DNA of 64,000 nucleotides, from positions 186,001 through 250,000 of the forward strand of contig NMRA01000337.1 in the NCBI GenBank assembly GCA_002633005.1. The letters are read 5' to 3'. The stretch comes from Phoronis australis. Its lineage: Eukaryota; Animalia; Phoronida. Each line of letters starts with the position of its first letter. Position 1 is the stretch's first letter. This document shows positions 23,641 through 36,754 of the stretch, one piece after another. Both the position numbers and the translations under genes were made by a program. Below the pieces are notes generated by a model, which was not told the origin of the DNA, made no database searches, and was given only the letters and a program-made list of their open reading frames with translations.

Positions 23641-25542
23641 AATAAAAATTAAGATTATACCAAAGAAAACGGCCGAATTGATACTGGTCAGCGCCCCACT
23701 TATTTTAAAATGTCCCCCTAGCAGAATAAGGGTAAGGGGACGTCTTATAAAGATGTTACACGTGAGTGCAAAATTATTACTGTTACTATCAGTATTATTA
23801 CTGACATTAGCAAGAGTACTGCCGCTGCTGCTGCCGCTGCTGCTGCCGCCACTATTGTTGTAAACATATTATTTGTGATTTAAGCCCTGCCAGCCCATAG
23901 TGACCGCACGTGATTGGGCACAGCATAGACGTCCCGGAATGTCAACTTCAATCTCGCTGATGAGGTTGTGAAGCGCATGCGTGGAATTTGTTTGCACTCG
24001 CTTGTTCGTGTTATGGTTCTTGCTACTGCCACTAAAACTTTTCGCAACTCCGCCGTTGTACATGATTTGCAGTTTGAACGCAATTTTGGTGATCAACCAG
24101 AACAACTTGTCACTTTGTTGTAGGCTACTTTCCAATGATTGATTTGAAAATTTGTAGACCATTTTTTCCAGTTTCGCATAAAGTAGAATTGGGATCTAGC
24201 TGTTACAGAGACAAGTGCTCATTTTTTCAGCGTCAGATGGTTTTTCGAAATAACCATCTACAAGAGAACATTGAATGACACTGAAATAAGCAGACTACTC
24301 AATTCCTTGCTGTGGTGTTTTGTTTGTCTTCGTATTCTTAAAAGTGTTAAAGGGAGAAATCTCAGGCTTATTGATTAGCGTGCGTATTTAGACCCATTCT
24401 CCTATATTCGGAATAATGCGTTTTTCTAAGAAAATATTTAGTCAGGTATTTCGCATACAGGCGCATGCGCCTCAAGTTTAGCGTAAAGATGCAGGTGGGT
24501 ATCCTTTGTACAGGATAAATATGTAGGCACACTCAATCTCTTCGACAAACGCATTTACTTTGCCCGTCCAATACATTTCCGCGACTTGATGTGACAGCGC
24601 ATTTTCCACTCTGTTAGGATTATGTAGTAAGAATAACGATCTAACTCTGTCAATAACTATTTCAAAGTTGCTTTTATTGTTTTCGTATTTATGTAAGAAA
24701 AACTAGTACATTGTAACTTGAACCGGACCTGAATAGTTTCTAATGTTTAAGATGAAAATAAAAAAATGCTTGACTTAAACCATTTAATTAACTTTCCAGC
24801 AAAACTTGTTAAAATGCCAACAGTTTTCAAATAAAAACAAACTGTCCTGTTTAATTTAAGTTGCAAACTAAATACAAGACGTATCATACGAGCAGACAAT
24901 ATTAGCAAGATTCTCCAATACACTCCACGCTAGCTGAGAATATTCAAAATATAATAAATAAGATGCGTCTATATATCGCGATCATAATTCTATTAAAAAA
25001 GTTCGCGTATAGGCCAATTCCGAATTTATAGGTTCACCTTGGAATAAGTACGTGCATGTAGGGTAATGATGTCAATGTGTAAATGTCTCATCTCAGTATA
25101 ACTGTTAAACAAGAATATTTTATGATTCTATTGAGTTCTCGAGAGGACATTTTTATAAGAATGTTTTAGTGCGTTCTGTGCTTAGAAGGCAATATAATAA
25201 AATACAAGAATTTTGAACAAGACCTATGAAAATACAATCAGTCTTTCAGTTATGTTCTTAGGAGTATGGTATTTTAGTTGTTTGCTGCGCAACATTGGAC
25301 AAATAAAATTGAGATTCAAAATCTATACAAACCTGTAACATTTATTGGAATCATGAGACTCATTTTTTCAATAACAATATTACATGAAATATCAATGTGT
25401 TTCTGTAATTAGTCATAAGACTAACAGTAACATCGTCAGCGATGGCCCGAATGATTTCACCTCTGCAGCTGACACGGTCATTCACCCAAGTGAGCAAGGT
25501 TGCGCGAGATCTGAGTGGTACTTGTACTGAGAGCATGGAGGA

Positions 25543-26173
25543 TTGGCCTAACTGACTATTGGACTGACTATTGGCCTAACTGGGAATTGGCATAACTAAC
25601 TAGTGGTATAACTGACTATTGGCATAATTGACTATTGGCATAACTGACTATTGGCATACCCGACTATTGGCATAACTGACTATTGGCATAACTGACTATT
25701 GTCCTAACTGACTATTGGCCTAACTGGCCATTGGCATAACTGGCTATTGGCATAACTGACTATTGGCATACCTGACTATTGGCATAACTGACTATTGGTA
25801 TAACCGAGTATTGACATAACCGACTATTTGCCTAACTGGCTATTGGCCTAACTGACTATTGGCATAACTGACTATTGGCATAACTGACTATTGGCATTAC
25901 TGGTTATTGACCTAAATGACTATTGGCCTAACTGGCTATTGGCCTAACTGGCTATTGGCCTAACTGTCTATTGGCATAACTGACTTTTGGCATACCTGAC
26001 TATTGGCATAACTGACTATTGGCCTAACTGGCTATTGGCCTAACTGACTTTTGGTCTAACTGGTTTTTGGCATAACTGACTATTGGCCTACCTGACTATT
26101 GGCATTACTGACTATTGGCCTAACTGACTAGTGGCCTAACTGACTATTGACCTAACTGACTATTGGCATAACT
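25543..26173. repeat. 16-bp minisatellite (GGCMTAACTGACTATT), left arm, ~39 units
   Basis: Direct reading; heterogeneous variants. Confidence 0.95.
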
Positions 26174-29100
26174 AATGAAGAATACACAACACATACAAAG
26201 AAATGATGACAAACCCAGATATCGCGAAGCATTATATCTGGGTTGTAAACAATTCATAAATGAAACTAATATACATAGAGGTATATCCATTTAAGTAGTA
26301 TCTAATATAAGTATCCCAATATTTAGATATGCTATTGCGAGTATATAAAAGCAAAAACATGTACAGATTCATGTATGGAAATCAGACGCAGCAATATTGA
26401 TAAACGGTACATAAAAATTTTCTAACGTTGATTAGGAGGAATTCAATGAAAACGACGTCAAAGTTAGGACTACCATTCAATAATAGTGAAACTTTAGTAG
26501 GGATATTATTACAAGAATTGAGAACATTAACAATCGGTTGGTTTTTATTGAGTGCACGAAAGAGTGAGTCTCTCAAGTATTCGAGGAGGGGACATTTGAA
26601 GAAAACATGAGGATAAGATTGAAGGTCACCACGTTTACAGTTTGGAAAAACATTACTTAAGTTATGCCTAAACTTGTCAGAATTGAGGAAAAAACACATC
26701 TTGATCTGTGCAATGCAATTTCGTTATCGCGTGGAAGGGAGAATTGAGTTAAGGGTGCTGAGTTATCAAAATTGTGAAAAACAGTTCTAAAATTATTTTT
26801 ATATTCGTAAAAGAGTTGCTTTCCTTAACAGAGACTGGAAGAGAATTGCAGTTGTTGATGCACATCATGACTGTAGACCTTCTGAATGCCTGACTGAATG
26901 ACTGAGGAATTGCATATGGGGTGGAGGATCTCAAATTACTACGATGGCCTTGTCTAGTGTATAGATCAAATATTTTTTGCCAGAGGCGTTGTTGACGTTG
27001 TTTATTACCTTGAAAGTAAATGTAGTCACGTGAACATTGCGTCGAGTAGACAGTTTGGGCCACTTGAGACTATTCAAAACCTTAACACTATTAGATTCCC
27101 TGTAAGCTCCGGTTATGAGTAAGGCAGCTTGATACTGTAATTTCTCCAAATGTTGGAGTGCACCCGTATTGGCCGACTGATATATGATATTACAATAATC
27201 GATGTGTGAAGTATAAAGGATTTGAACAAAACTTCTAAATGTGTAGAATTCAGATGACGAGAGACAAGCTTAAGTGGGTTAATTAGTTTCTGAGTTTTTT
27301 GTACGAGGTCCCGAACGTGAGGTGTGAATGAGAGTTTTTCATCTAACAGTATACCAAGATGTCTGTGCGACTGTTTTCTAGGAATGATTTCATCATTAAG
27401 TTTAAGGTCATAAGACGGGTCAACAAGGAAGAGAACATTTATAGATTTAAAGAAGGTGAGGTCAACGCTTTTTTCTGGTTTAAAATTCATTCTCCATTCT
27501 TGTGACCAACAGCTGAGTTTATTTAAGTCGTGTTGAAGCTGCAAAGAACTTTCAGGGCTGCTCTTTGCGAAGGGGTAAAAAGCGCCGTGTCATCTGCATA
27601 AAGGTATGTGCTACATGACAGGTTATCAGGAGGGTCCATAATATAAACCAAGAAGAGAAGAGGACCCAATACGCTACCCTGCGGTACACCTACGTTTACA
27701 AATCCAGGAGGGGATAAAGTTGAAAGTACGCCGTCGACACTAACACTGTATGTTCTATCGGAGAGATATGAGGTGATCGTGGTTAAAAGATTACCAGTAA
27801 TGCCATAGGATTGAAGTTCGTGAAGTAGAAGGTCGTGAGGGACACAGTCGAAAGCAGAAGCTATATCTAGAAAAATGGACCTGACACTTTCGCCCTTCTC
27901 AAAATGTAAATGAATGTCATGTACCGTTTCAAGAAATTGTGCCGCGGTGCCGTTTCCAGGCAAAAAACCAAATTGACGATGATAGATCAAGTTGTTTTGT
28001 TTGAGATATGTAAGAATACTTTGAGCAATGATATTCTCGAATATTTTTGATAGGGTGTTAAGTAAAGTTATTGGACGATAATCTGAAATTTCAGTTTTGG
28101 GGACTTTTTTGTGTATAGGGACCATAATTTCGTGTTTCCAAGAAGACGATATATACCTAGGTGAAGAAGTTTGTTAAACAGATTGGTCAAGGGTATGGTA
28201 ATTTCGTTGGCAATCATTTTGATCATCTTACTGGTGATTAAAGGTGTGCCATCATTCTTATTGGGGTCAATTTCATTGAGATACTTCCGGACATCAGTTT
28301 GATTAGCCGGGATATCAGACAGTTGATTGAGACTACGTTCAAGAAGAAAGGGAAAGTTACATGGTGTAATGAGGCTTTTGTTCGTGAAAAATGTGAGAAA
28401 CAGGTCACACTTGTCACTACTACGTGAGGCTACGTTACCATTGTGGTTGATGACTGGATAAGAGGATTGTTGTTGACTGCGGCGTATTTTATTGGTGATG
28501 TTCCAGTATTCGCTGGAGTTCTTGCTTACACTGTTAATTTGTTGAAAAAGCTTGTAGCGGTGATCAGCTTTGACGTGATTTACTAAAGTTTCAACCAGAC
28601 GTGACTGCTCCTTGTATCTGTTGTAGATTACACTGTTGTTAAATCTTCTGAAAGAGCTGTAAAGTCTGTTTCTTGTGCGGATTGCCCGTTTAACATTATT
28701 GTTGAACCACGGTTGGCTGTTGTGTTTAATTATCTTTTCAGTTGATGGGATGTTGTTTTTTTAAAATTTCATAGAGAGTACTAGTGAAGAGTGAAACAGT
28801 GTCATCAATGTCGCCAGTGCCCAATATAGAATCCCAGTCAGTGTAAGTAATATCCTGACGTAATTTGACGGTGTCAACTTGATCATTTTTCCAAATGGTT
28901 CGTGTGGTGTGTTGTTCTTTAATCGTTTTTTTAGGTGTTAGAGTGGTTTCGATTGTATGGTGATCAGAATTGCCAACAGGAGGTAGTACAGAATATGAGT
29001 CAATGATATTCAAATTGTTTGTTATGCAGAGATCAATACATGAATGAGAAACGTCGGTGATGCAGGTTGGCTCATTAATTAGCTGTATGTAGTCATTAGA

Positions 29101-30306
29101 CAATAAGATATGAAACAAGTGTAGTCCGGCCGTATTGTCATGATCATCATTGTTCTATGTAGAGTTTCGGGCATTAAAATCACCATTTATGATTATACTA
29201 ACGCTATTGCGGTTAAGTTCCGGTAACTGATCGGCTAGGGCTTTGAAGTAGAGTTTTCTTTCAGTTGGTGATTGAGAAGGTGATCGATAAAACAACCCAT
29301 AGTAAATTTTTCTGTGACCGAAATGAATTTCGATCCAGCAGTTGCATAACTGAGGACAAGTTAAGCTAGGATATAATTTAAATGAGAGTGCGTTTTTAGT
29401 GAATAAGATGATGCCAAGGCTACTGTTACTGTGATAGGCTACACTATAACCAGGAATGATTAGTTCATTATCAAGGTCGTCTCTGCTAACATTACAAGTT
29501 TCACAAAAAGCGACAATCATATAATCGTAAGACAGAACAAAGTTTTGTAGAAGTTGGAATCTGGAGAAATTGTTGGATTTAAAGATATTAATATTTGAAA
29601 ACAAGATTTTAAAGGTAGTATTGTCTTCAGGCCCAGGATTTTCTTCAACATCGCCAGCTAAAAGGAGGCACATGCCAATGGCGATTCCGTAATCCATACA
29701 GGTGTTATGTAAACAATAGTAAGACACATCAGTAAGCTAAACCCGCTTAGCGTGATATTTCGTTAGATGCCCGTGAGAAGAATTGAACTGTGACCATACA
29801 GGGGAAACATTGTAAGACCAGAGAAACTTACTCTACTCGAGGCACTCAAAGGATAGCCAGATTTAACAATTAATACACCAATGCTTATTGACAATTCAAG
29901 GGTTGTTAAATGAATAAGGTTGTCTGGACAATTAGGGGAGTCATTTTCAAACAACATAATTATATCATAGGCTCCCTTACAGGTAAATAAATAGCAACTT
30001 AGTTGAAAAGCGCAACATATACATTTAATCTTGGGAAACCAGCTAGCTCTGTTGCAAGTGAATACAAAACACATATGTATTTGAAGACGTAATATGGAAA
30101 GTCAGGTGATGATGATTGACCTAAAGATATGTACAGAGGAAATATGATCAATTAGTAACGGACAAAAGAAGGTGAAAAATAGGAGTTTCAACGCTCAAAT
30201 GCGTTGAAGAAAACAAAAAATGAAGTATTGAAGATCTCTCACTATGGATAACTTAGTTGTAACACGTTTTAGAATTGAGATAAGGCTATAAGTGCTTACC
30301 AATATA
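26174..30306 (-). mobile_element. Degenerate APE-type LINE (CR1/L2/Crack group) ORF2: 2A peptide - endonuclease - RT - CCHC-like end
   Basis: APE motifs (FCET, YRSP, GDFNA, SCIDL, SDH); RT motifs (YRPITLL, QFGF, FLDIASAFD, VPQGSVLGPLLF, YADD, HLGI); C-terminal C..H.FFKCP. ORF broken by frameshifts and stops. Flanked by ggcataact on both sides. Confidence 0.93.
29629..29690 (-). other. 2A-like ribosomal skipping (StopGo) peptide upstream of the LINE endonuclease
   Basis: ..IGMCLLLAGDVEENPG|P matches the D(V/I)ExNPGP consensus. Confidence 0.85.
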
Positions 30307-30555
30307 GGCATAACTGACTATTGGCATACTGACTATTGGCCTAACTGACTATTGGTATAACTGACTATTGGCCTAACTGACTATTGACCTAACTGACTAT
30401 TGGCCTAACTGACTATTGGCCTAACTGACTATTGGCCTAACTGACTATTGGTATAACTGACTATTGGCCTAACTGACTATTGGCCTAACTGACTATTGGC
30501 CTAACTGACTATTGGCCTAACTGAGTACTGGCATAACTGACTATTGACATAACTG
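30307..30555. repeat. 16-bp minisatellite, right arm, ~15 units
   Basis: Same unit and orientation as 25543-26173. Confidence 0.95.
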
Positions 30556-31385
30556 CCTTTTGCCGAAAACGAAAACTCTGTAGGTACGCTACAAGTGCCC
30601 AAACATTTCATTTAGCGGTCTGGCCAGAGTGTTTGTGATTCCAGACCCTATCATTGTTTCCAACCCCGCCGTCCGACGGTAATACTAACAATGTGCGTTT
30701 GTACTGAATGGTATTAAAGCTTCAGTTAAAGTAAATTTCTGAAGTGCAGACGAAACAACAATCACTCAAGACAATAAAACTTCTGTTGATCTGAAATGCC
30801 ATTTTAGCATATGTGACTAGTGAATTACTTGTAAGACCCAACATAAAATAACATGCATTTACTACTATGAAATAGGACACAGGCGATTCAATACTAGACA
30901 GCTTCTACATCTAACGGGCGAAATTACAGTAAACAATTCACCGACAAGAAAATATGCAAGAGACGACGTCCGACAGGCGTACATCAGTGCTCAGTATAAT
31001 AGGCTCGAGGAAGAGCTAAGGGCAAAGAAGCATTTCTGTTTGTAAATTATGCAAAAACAACAGTGTGAAACAAGCTAGTGAAATGGTGACTGCCCATCAG
31101 TCACCAGGCACCCATGGTCAAAGAAATGGGGAAGGTCTCTTTTTTACTTTACCATTTTCTATACAGGTATGCTCCTGAACCTTAATTGCGTTTAAATGTT
31201 TTCAATTAGTTCTTGGATTATAAACTTCCGGAACGCTCATTCGCATCGTAACGACCTCTGTATGCAAATGTGACTAGTTGTCAATATCAGTCTCAGACAA
31301 AGAATTAGATCTGTCCCAAAATCAAAAAAAAATAATGAAAATGATGGGCAAACGCACTTGTGGCATATTCACCAACTTCCAGCAA

Positions 31386-31487
31386 TCCGTCTCAAAATAA
31401 CTGGACCACACACACACACACACACGCGCGCACACACACGCACACACAGAAACACACGCACGCATGTACGCACACACACGCGCGCGC
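31386..31487. repeat. Compound (CA)/(CG) microsatellite
   Basis: Direct reading. Confidence 0.85.
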
Positions 31488-32080
31488 ATTAGCTCACGGT
31501 GTTTCTACACAACTCAAGACCTATTTAAAGGAAGCGTTGGCAATCAGCTGTCGTTCTAGAAAAAAATTCGTCTTGCACAAATTCTCAAACAGTACTTTTT
31601 AATGTAATAGCCTTGCGAGTAACCCATTAAGCTCGTTGCAGTTATTGTTAAAACACAGAAAGGTCGCGAAATAGCTCGTTATTTCGATGTCTCTAAATTG
31701 TAGACAGTACAGTCATTATTAAGCTCTAATATCGTTTATTAACATTTTACTAGTCGCTGACAGCGGCGATGCAAACAATACAACCAGTGTACCACCACAA
31801 CTAACTAAATGAAGAACAAGTGAAAAAATGTAAAAAGCTGTTACGTAGGATATCCGGGAGCTGACATGCGTTGTTAAGAGTTTCGTAAATATTTAGACTT
31901 GGAGTAGTTATCAAAGATACGGAAAAAATCCTCGTTTTTTTCAAAAAACACCACACAATGATTGTGCGGATATAAGCCCCGCCGGATCGAAAATGTGCTT
32001 GTGAGCTCCATTTCTCCCAAGTTAGCGGTTGTCATTTCTAACGGTAGCGAGTTTGCAGAAGTTATAAGTTTTCAAGTACA

Positions 32081-32281
32081 CAGTGTTCCATGTTGGAACT
32101 CCGGTGTAAAACAGATATTCCGGAGTCGGGGGCAGACCCTGCAACTTCAAAACAGCTAACAAGCCCGAAAAAACAAACCCCGACCGAATCGGGGTTCGTT
32201 TTTTTCGGGCTGGTTAGCTGTTTTGAAGGTGAGGGATTATGTTTTCGACATCGAGATTTCTGTTTTACACCGGAGTTACAA
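32081..32281. mobile_element. Palindromic MITE (internally deleted member of the family at 42498-43268)
   Basis: Arms ttggaactccggtgtaaaacaga..ttcaaaacagctaac..gcccgaaaaaac..accccga and the reverse complement meet at a tiny loop. Confidence 0.8.
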
Positions 32282-33591
32282 TTAGGTTCGGTGTCTTGCT
32301 AGTCTTCGCAAGACGTTAATTGTAAGACATGATATCGAGTAGCTTTTACACGTGAGAGGCTAACCGTATTGAACTCACCCCCCGAACGCTTCATATTCAC
32401 CGACATACAATAGGAAAAGTTTAGTTAATAGATTTCGAATAATATTATGGTGTTGAAGCCGTGCTTACCTATCGATTTTGCAGATTCGATAATATTTACG
32501 GGCACGGGCACTCCTTGAAATACCACATTGCGTTTACGAATATCCCCGCGGATCTGCTGTGAAAAGCCGTGTTTTATTCACTAATTCAAAAGAAACGCAT
32601 ATGTTTGTTAACCACCTCTAATTCATTACATTATGCCAATTCATCATATATGTCATGCAGTGTCCATAACAGCTTGAGAATCACGTTACTTAGCGTAATA
32701 TAACATTATCATCTTCAGGAAGCATTCCGGAAAGGAGCGTATAAACGGATAATGCGTATTCGCGGCTATTTTCTTTGTTACGTATTCAAAAAAGACATGT
32801 AACAATAAGTTTGGATTTTTTTCTTAAAATGGTACAAATTCTTGTTGAAATAACAATGTTTATCGTTCAAAAGATTTTCTGTAGTTCATTTTGGGAAAGT
32901 CATTTCGATGAAAATTCAGACGTTAGTCATGCTGCTTACGGGCCCGCTTCTGAATTATCTTCGACAATAGACCCATCAATCAAGGCCTACATATATAGAC
33001 CCATCAACCAAAGCTTACATATATAGTTGTGGTCTTCTTCCAGAAATTTTTGGAAGTTAACGATACTTTTACAAGAGCCTCTTCCGGACTCTAAAGCGCC
33101 AATCTGAATAAAAGGGATTGTTTGAGCTATCCATAAAAAACGACATGCATTTCATTTTCGTAGTTTAATTAAGCAGAGATGTAGACAATTGCATTTTATC
33201 TGGAGATGACAAGAGTTGACAACAGATTGCCATTTACTTTAAAACAATCCTTCAACTTCATTAGCGATCAGAGACTAGTTGCCAAAGACCGTGGCAACAT
33301 CCCATTTCCTGGGAGACGGAGAATGCCAAGAGTTGGTGATCATTAGTGAGCTTAAACAAGGCCCTTCGGAGACGGATAGAAAGGTTTTGACAAATAACCA
33401 TAAGTCGACGTTGGAGACTGACAGATTACGAATTTCATTCATTTTGAAATGGATTTTACCGAATATGGCAACTGATACAATTACCGGTACAATTGACGTT
33501 AAGTTAATGCAATCACGGCCACAGATAAAGTATTACAGAGCGGTAAAAGCTCATATAATGACATTAAACAATCATGAAAACTGCCGATGAG

Positions 33592-36500
33592 TAGTCGGTG
33601 GGTCAGATCTCATAGCATTCATCCTTGTGAGTACTTTGGGGGGGGGCAACCTAGTTTTTTCTATGTGGCTAGATAATGTACCTATAAATCAAATTCCAAA
33701 AAGTTCCCACGTCTACAGTTGCACATTTTTTTTAAAATGTTTTTGTTGCACGAAATATTATGCACATTCCTGCCACTTGGTGGCGCTTTCCTATTGATTT
33801 GACGAATCAGAGAGCCAGATTGTATTGTTGTGCTTGGTTACTTCAATATGGCTGCTCCCATGGAGTGTGATGCTTGTATAATTCAAGGTTTATCAAACAG
33901 CACAAAATTGTGATGCCAGAACCTGAAGAAGCTTAGAGAAGCATCCTGACGAAAGCTGATTGACTGTGGAACTCTGTGGATCAGTAGATCAAAAAGAAGA
34001 AAAGGTGTCACAAACGTTTGTGCAGAAAACAACTGCATGTCCTGGTAGGCCTATAGCCTATACACAGTATACTGCTGTAGAAGACCAAGTGTCAGACCAA
34101 AAATTGAAAAGACATAGAAAGGCATAGCAACGTTTCAAGACACCAGCAGTAGTACTAAAGCTGAAGTTGCTGAAAGTGATACAGATGTTACCCAAAATTT
34201 CCCAGAAAATCAATTAGACTTCCAAAATCTGAAACACCCAATTAACCTGAACAAAATAAGAACATTCTGAAACACGAGTGCATTATTTGTTAGCATGAAA
34301 AGTATATTATGGACCATATTTCAAGAAAGAGAAAGAAGTAACAACTTTATAGCTTTGAAAAACAGGTACGTATTTTTGAAAGGTACAACTTGGTGTTTTC
34401 TAAGTGTGTTTCAATGTTATCACCAGTTGTTTTTGAACTTGTTCAGCCCCTTGGCTGCCTAGGCCTTAGACAGTACCGCTGACCCAGTAGAGACGGTGAT
34501 CATACCATAGGTACTCCATATGCTGGACGCTTTTCGCCAAATTATGCATCACACTGGTTAAACCATAAACCATGTTCCTATAAGTTTAGAAGTACCGCGT
34601 AGAGAGATGCCTCTGAGGAGGCCGTTAATGTATTCATTTATTCACTGAGTTTAAACAAATACTCCTGCAATCCTGTTTTTCGAACTCACTTGTTCAGTTG
34701 CCATATCGACACGGCTTGCGCCAAGGGATAATCGTATGGCATTATACTGTGGGTGTAATTTTAAGAACTATGAGTCAAAATATTTTAAGAAGGTTAAATG
34801 GAGTAGATAGTTGCAACCAACATGCCCAAGTGGCCTTCATCCCCTGCCGTAATCCTGGGAACCTCTTCTCAATTTTTTGTAAACATTAATTACTTAGGTA
34901 GCTTCAATGGTAATTAAATTATAGTGCCTAAGTAACCAGCATCCCCATTGTAATTTGAGGACCATGGAAGCCACTGTCCATTTCATCAAACATTGATTAC
35001 CTTAATTGTAAATCGATTGACTATGGTATGAGCATCTGATATAAAAAAATAAATTTTAATCACTGCACTGGTATATCAGCTGATTTATTTTCAGTTGCAT
35101 CAACTAATCTAATTATTAGATGATCAACATTTTTAGGCGACTGATTTAACGGCATGTAAATTTGTTAGGCTGGTGGTGGATCAGTTCCTGATAAGTCCGT
35201 CTGAAAAATTTGTATGCCAACTCACTCATTGTTAAATGTTAAATTAGTCTTAACAGTTAGTTTTTTTTTCAGTTGGACTTGTATCGCAGTCCAGGGCCCT
35301 GAATATGAAAATGAAATTCAAAGATAAAGACCTTGTTTCTTAGAAGCCAAGTACCACAGATCATCATGAAATAAAAATACTGAGAAAGACAAAGATTGTG
35401 AATAGTGACAAATCCAGTTTTCAGAGATGTTTTTCTATGGTTTTGTTTGGAGTTCATTGAATCAAAGCTTCTAACACATGGAGATGTCGTTTGCCTTTTT
35501 CAAAACTAAAGCAAGACTTTGAAGCTGTTTTTCAGAAAGCTGGTGTATATGAAGTTATTTGGACAGGCAGTCTTAAGAAACACTGTTGAAGCTACTCACT
35601 GTTGTAGTTTGTGCTCAACTAAGAGATACGAAAGTGAATTGAAGCTAGTGTTCAATAATTCACTTGTTGACTCTAATTAACTCATCCCATTATAGCATAT
35701 TTTGAATCAAACGTTTGCCCAAATCCTGCCCACCTCCAAACACAGACTTAGTTTTGACCCTTCATCGCATGTGGGCCAATCGGGAGTATGCAGTGCTGTA
35801 CCCTCTCTAATCGACCATAGTTGGCTCCTTGGCGGTGGAGCTCTACAGTTAAAATGTATGGCAATGCCCGCAGCTCCACTGACAGTACTAAACAATGAAT
35901 GCTGCAAGTGCAAAAAGAACATGTGTGCTGGGAAACTGAGTTTGTGCTGCAATGCTGGATCAAACTGTACAGAAATGTGCAGCCGTGACTACTGTAGTAA
36001 CATCAACAAAACTGACTGCATGACATTGGATAATTCTTTGACAAATCAACCCTAAATAGACCTCCGACCCCATTATTTCGTGTTTTTTTTTGTATTAAAA
36101 AGTGAATTTTATTTGTCACAGAAAGTACATACTTTGGTCATTGTCATGTCGCGCTCTCAGAATAATCTACTATTTTTACAGTCCGTGTGCACATTCACAG
36201 AGATCATTTAACTATATTGTTTTTGTACTATAACGTATTTCTGGTGTATTATGCAAATAAGCTTTATTTTACACCATTAGTCAATGGTTCAGTCATTGAG
36301 GCACAAATTTTGCTCACTTTCAAGTGTTTTGTTATTTTTGTTGCCAGACAATGCCAGAATAATCTAGTAACATTCAGACTTAGTTTGCATTTCTGTCACT
36401 AGGTGTCACTTTTTTAAATTTCATTGTTTACAATTAGTCTACAATAGTAAAACATGTAATGTGAGTGTATTATTGTTCAATACAATGACATCGATGGGTC

Positions 36501-36754
36501 CATGTTACTTGTTTTACAAAAAAGATAGCAAAAACTGTTATTTTTACAAATATAAGTTCTCTAAGCTCTATGATGGTTATTATGCAACTTCAAACTCAAA
36601 TTTCTCAAAAATGTGCAACTTTAAACGTGGGAACTTTTTAGATTTTGAAAACACTCTAGTAAATTAATTAAAAAACACCAAAATAAAATTGGCCCCCTAA
36701 AGTACTCACAAAAACCATTTTCTAGAAGCCCTACAAATTCTGGCCCACCGCCTA
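33592..36754 (+). mobile_element. Degenerate Academ-like DNA transposon with long imperfect TIRs and Cys-rich C-terminal relic
   Basis: Termini TAGTCGGTGGGTCAGA / TCTGGCCCACCGCCTA. Subterminal inverted blocks ttgtgagtacttt.ggggg and aaaaagttcccacgt..agttgcacatttt. 35702-36055 encodes DHSW..L.L..MAMPAAP..VL...CCKCKKNMC....CC..G..CTEMC...C.N, resembling the Cys8 finger of AcademX proteins. Superfamily assignment is from recall. Confidence 0.7.

Noticed and set aside
23453-23863. Leu-rich hydrophobic 136-aa ORF
   Set aside because: Produced by low-complexity TTA/CTG/CCG repeats and the Penelope tail.
23869-24162. 97-aa minus-strand ORF upstream of the rGC start exon
   Set aside because: No homology recognised and not needed for the rGC reading frame.
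25543-26173. CRISPR-like regular repeats (also 53262-53878)
   Set aside because: Head-to-tail units with no unique spacers, no cas genes, and a eukaryotic intron-containing context.
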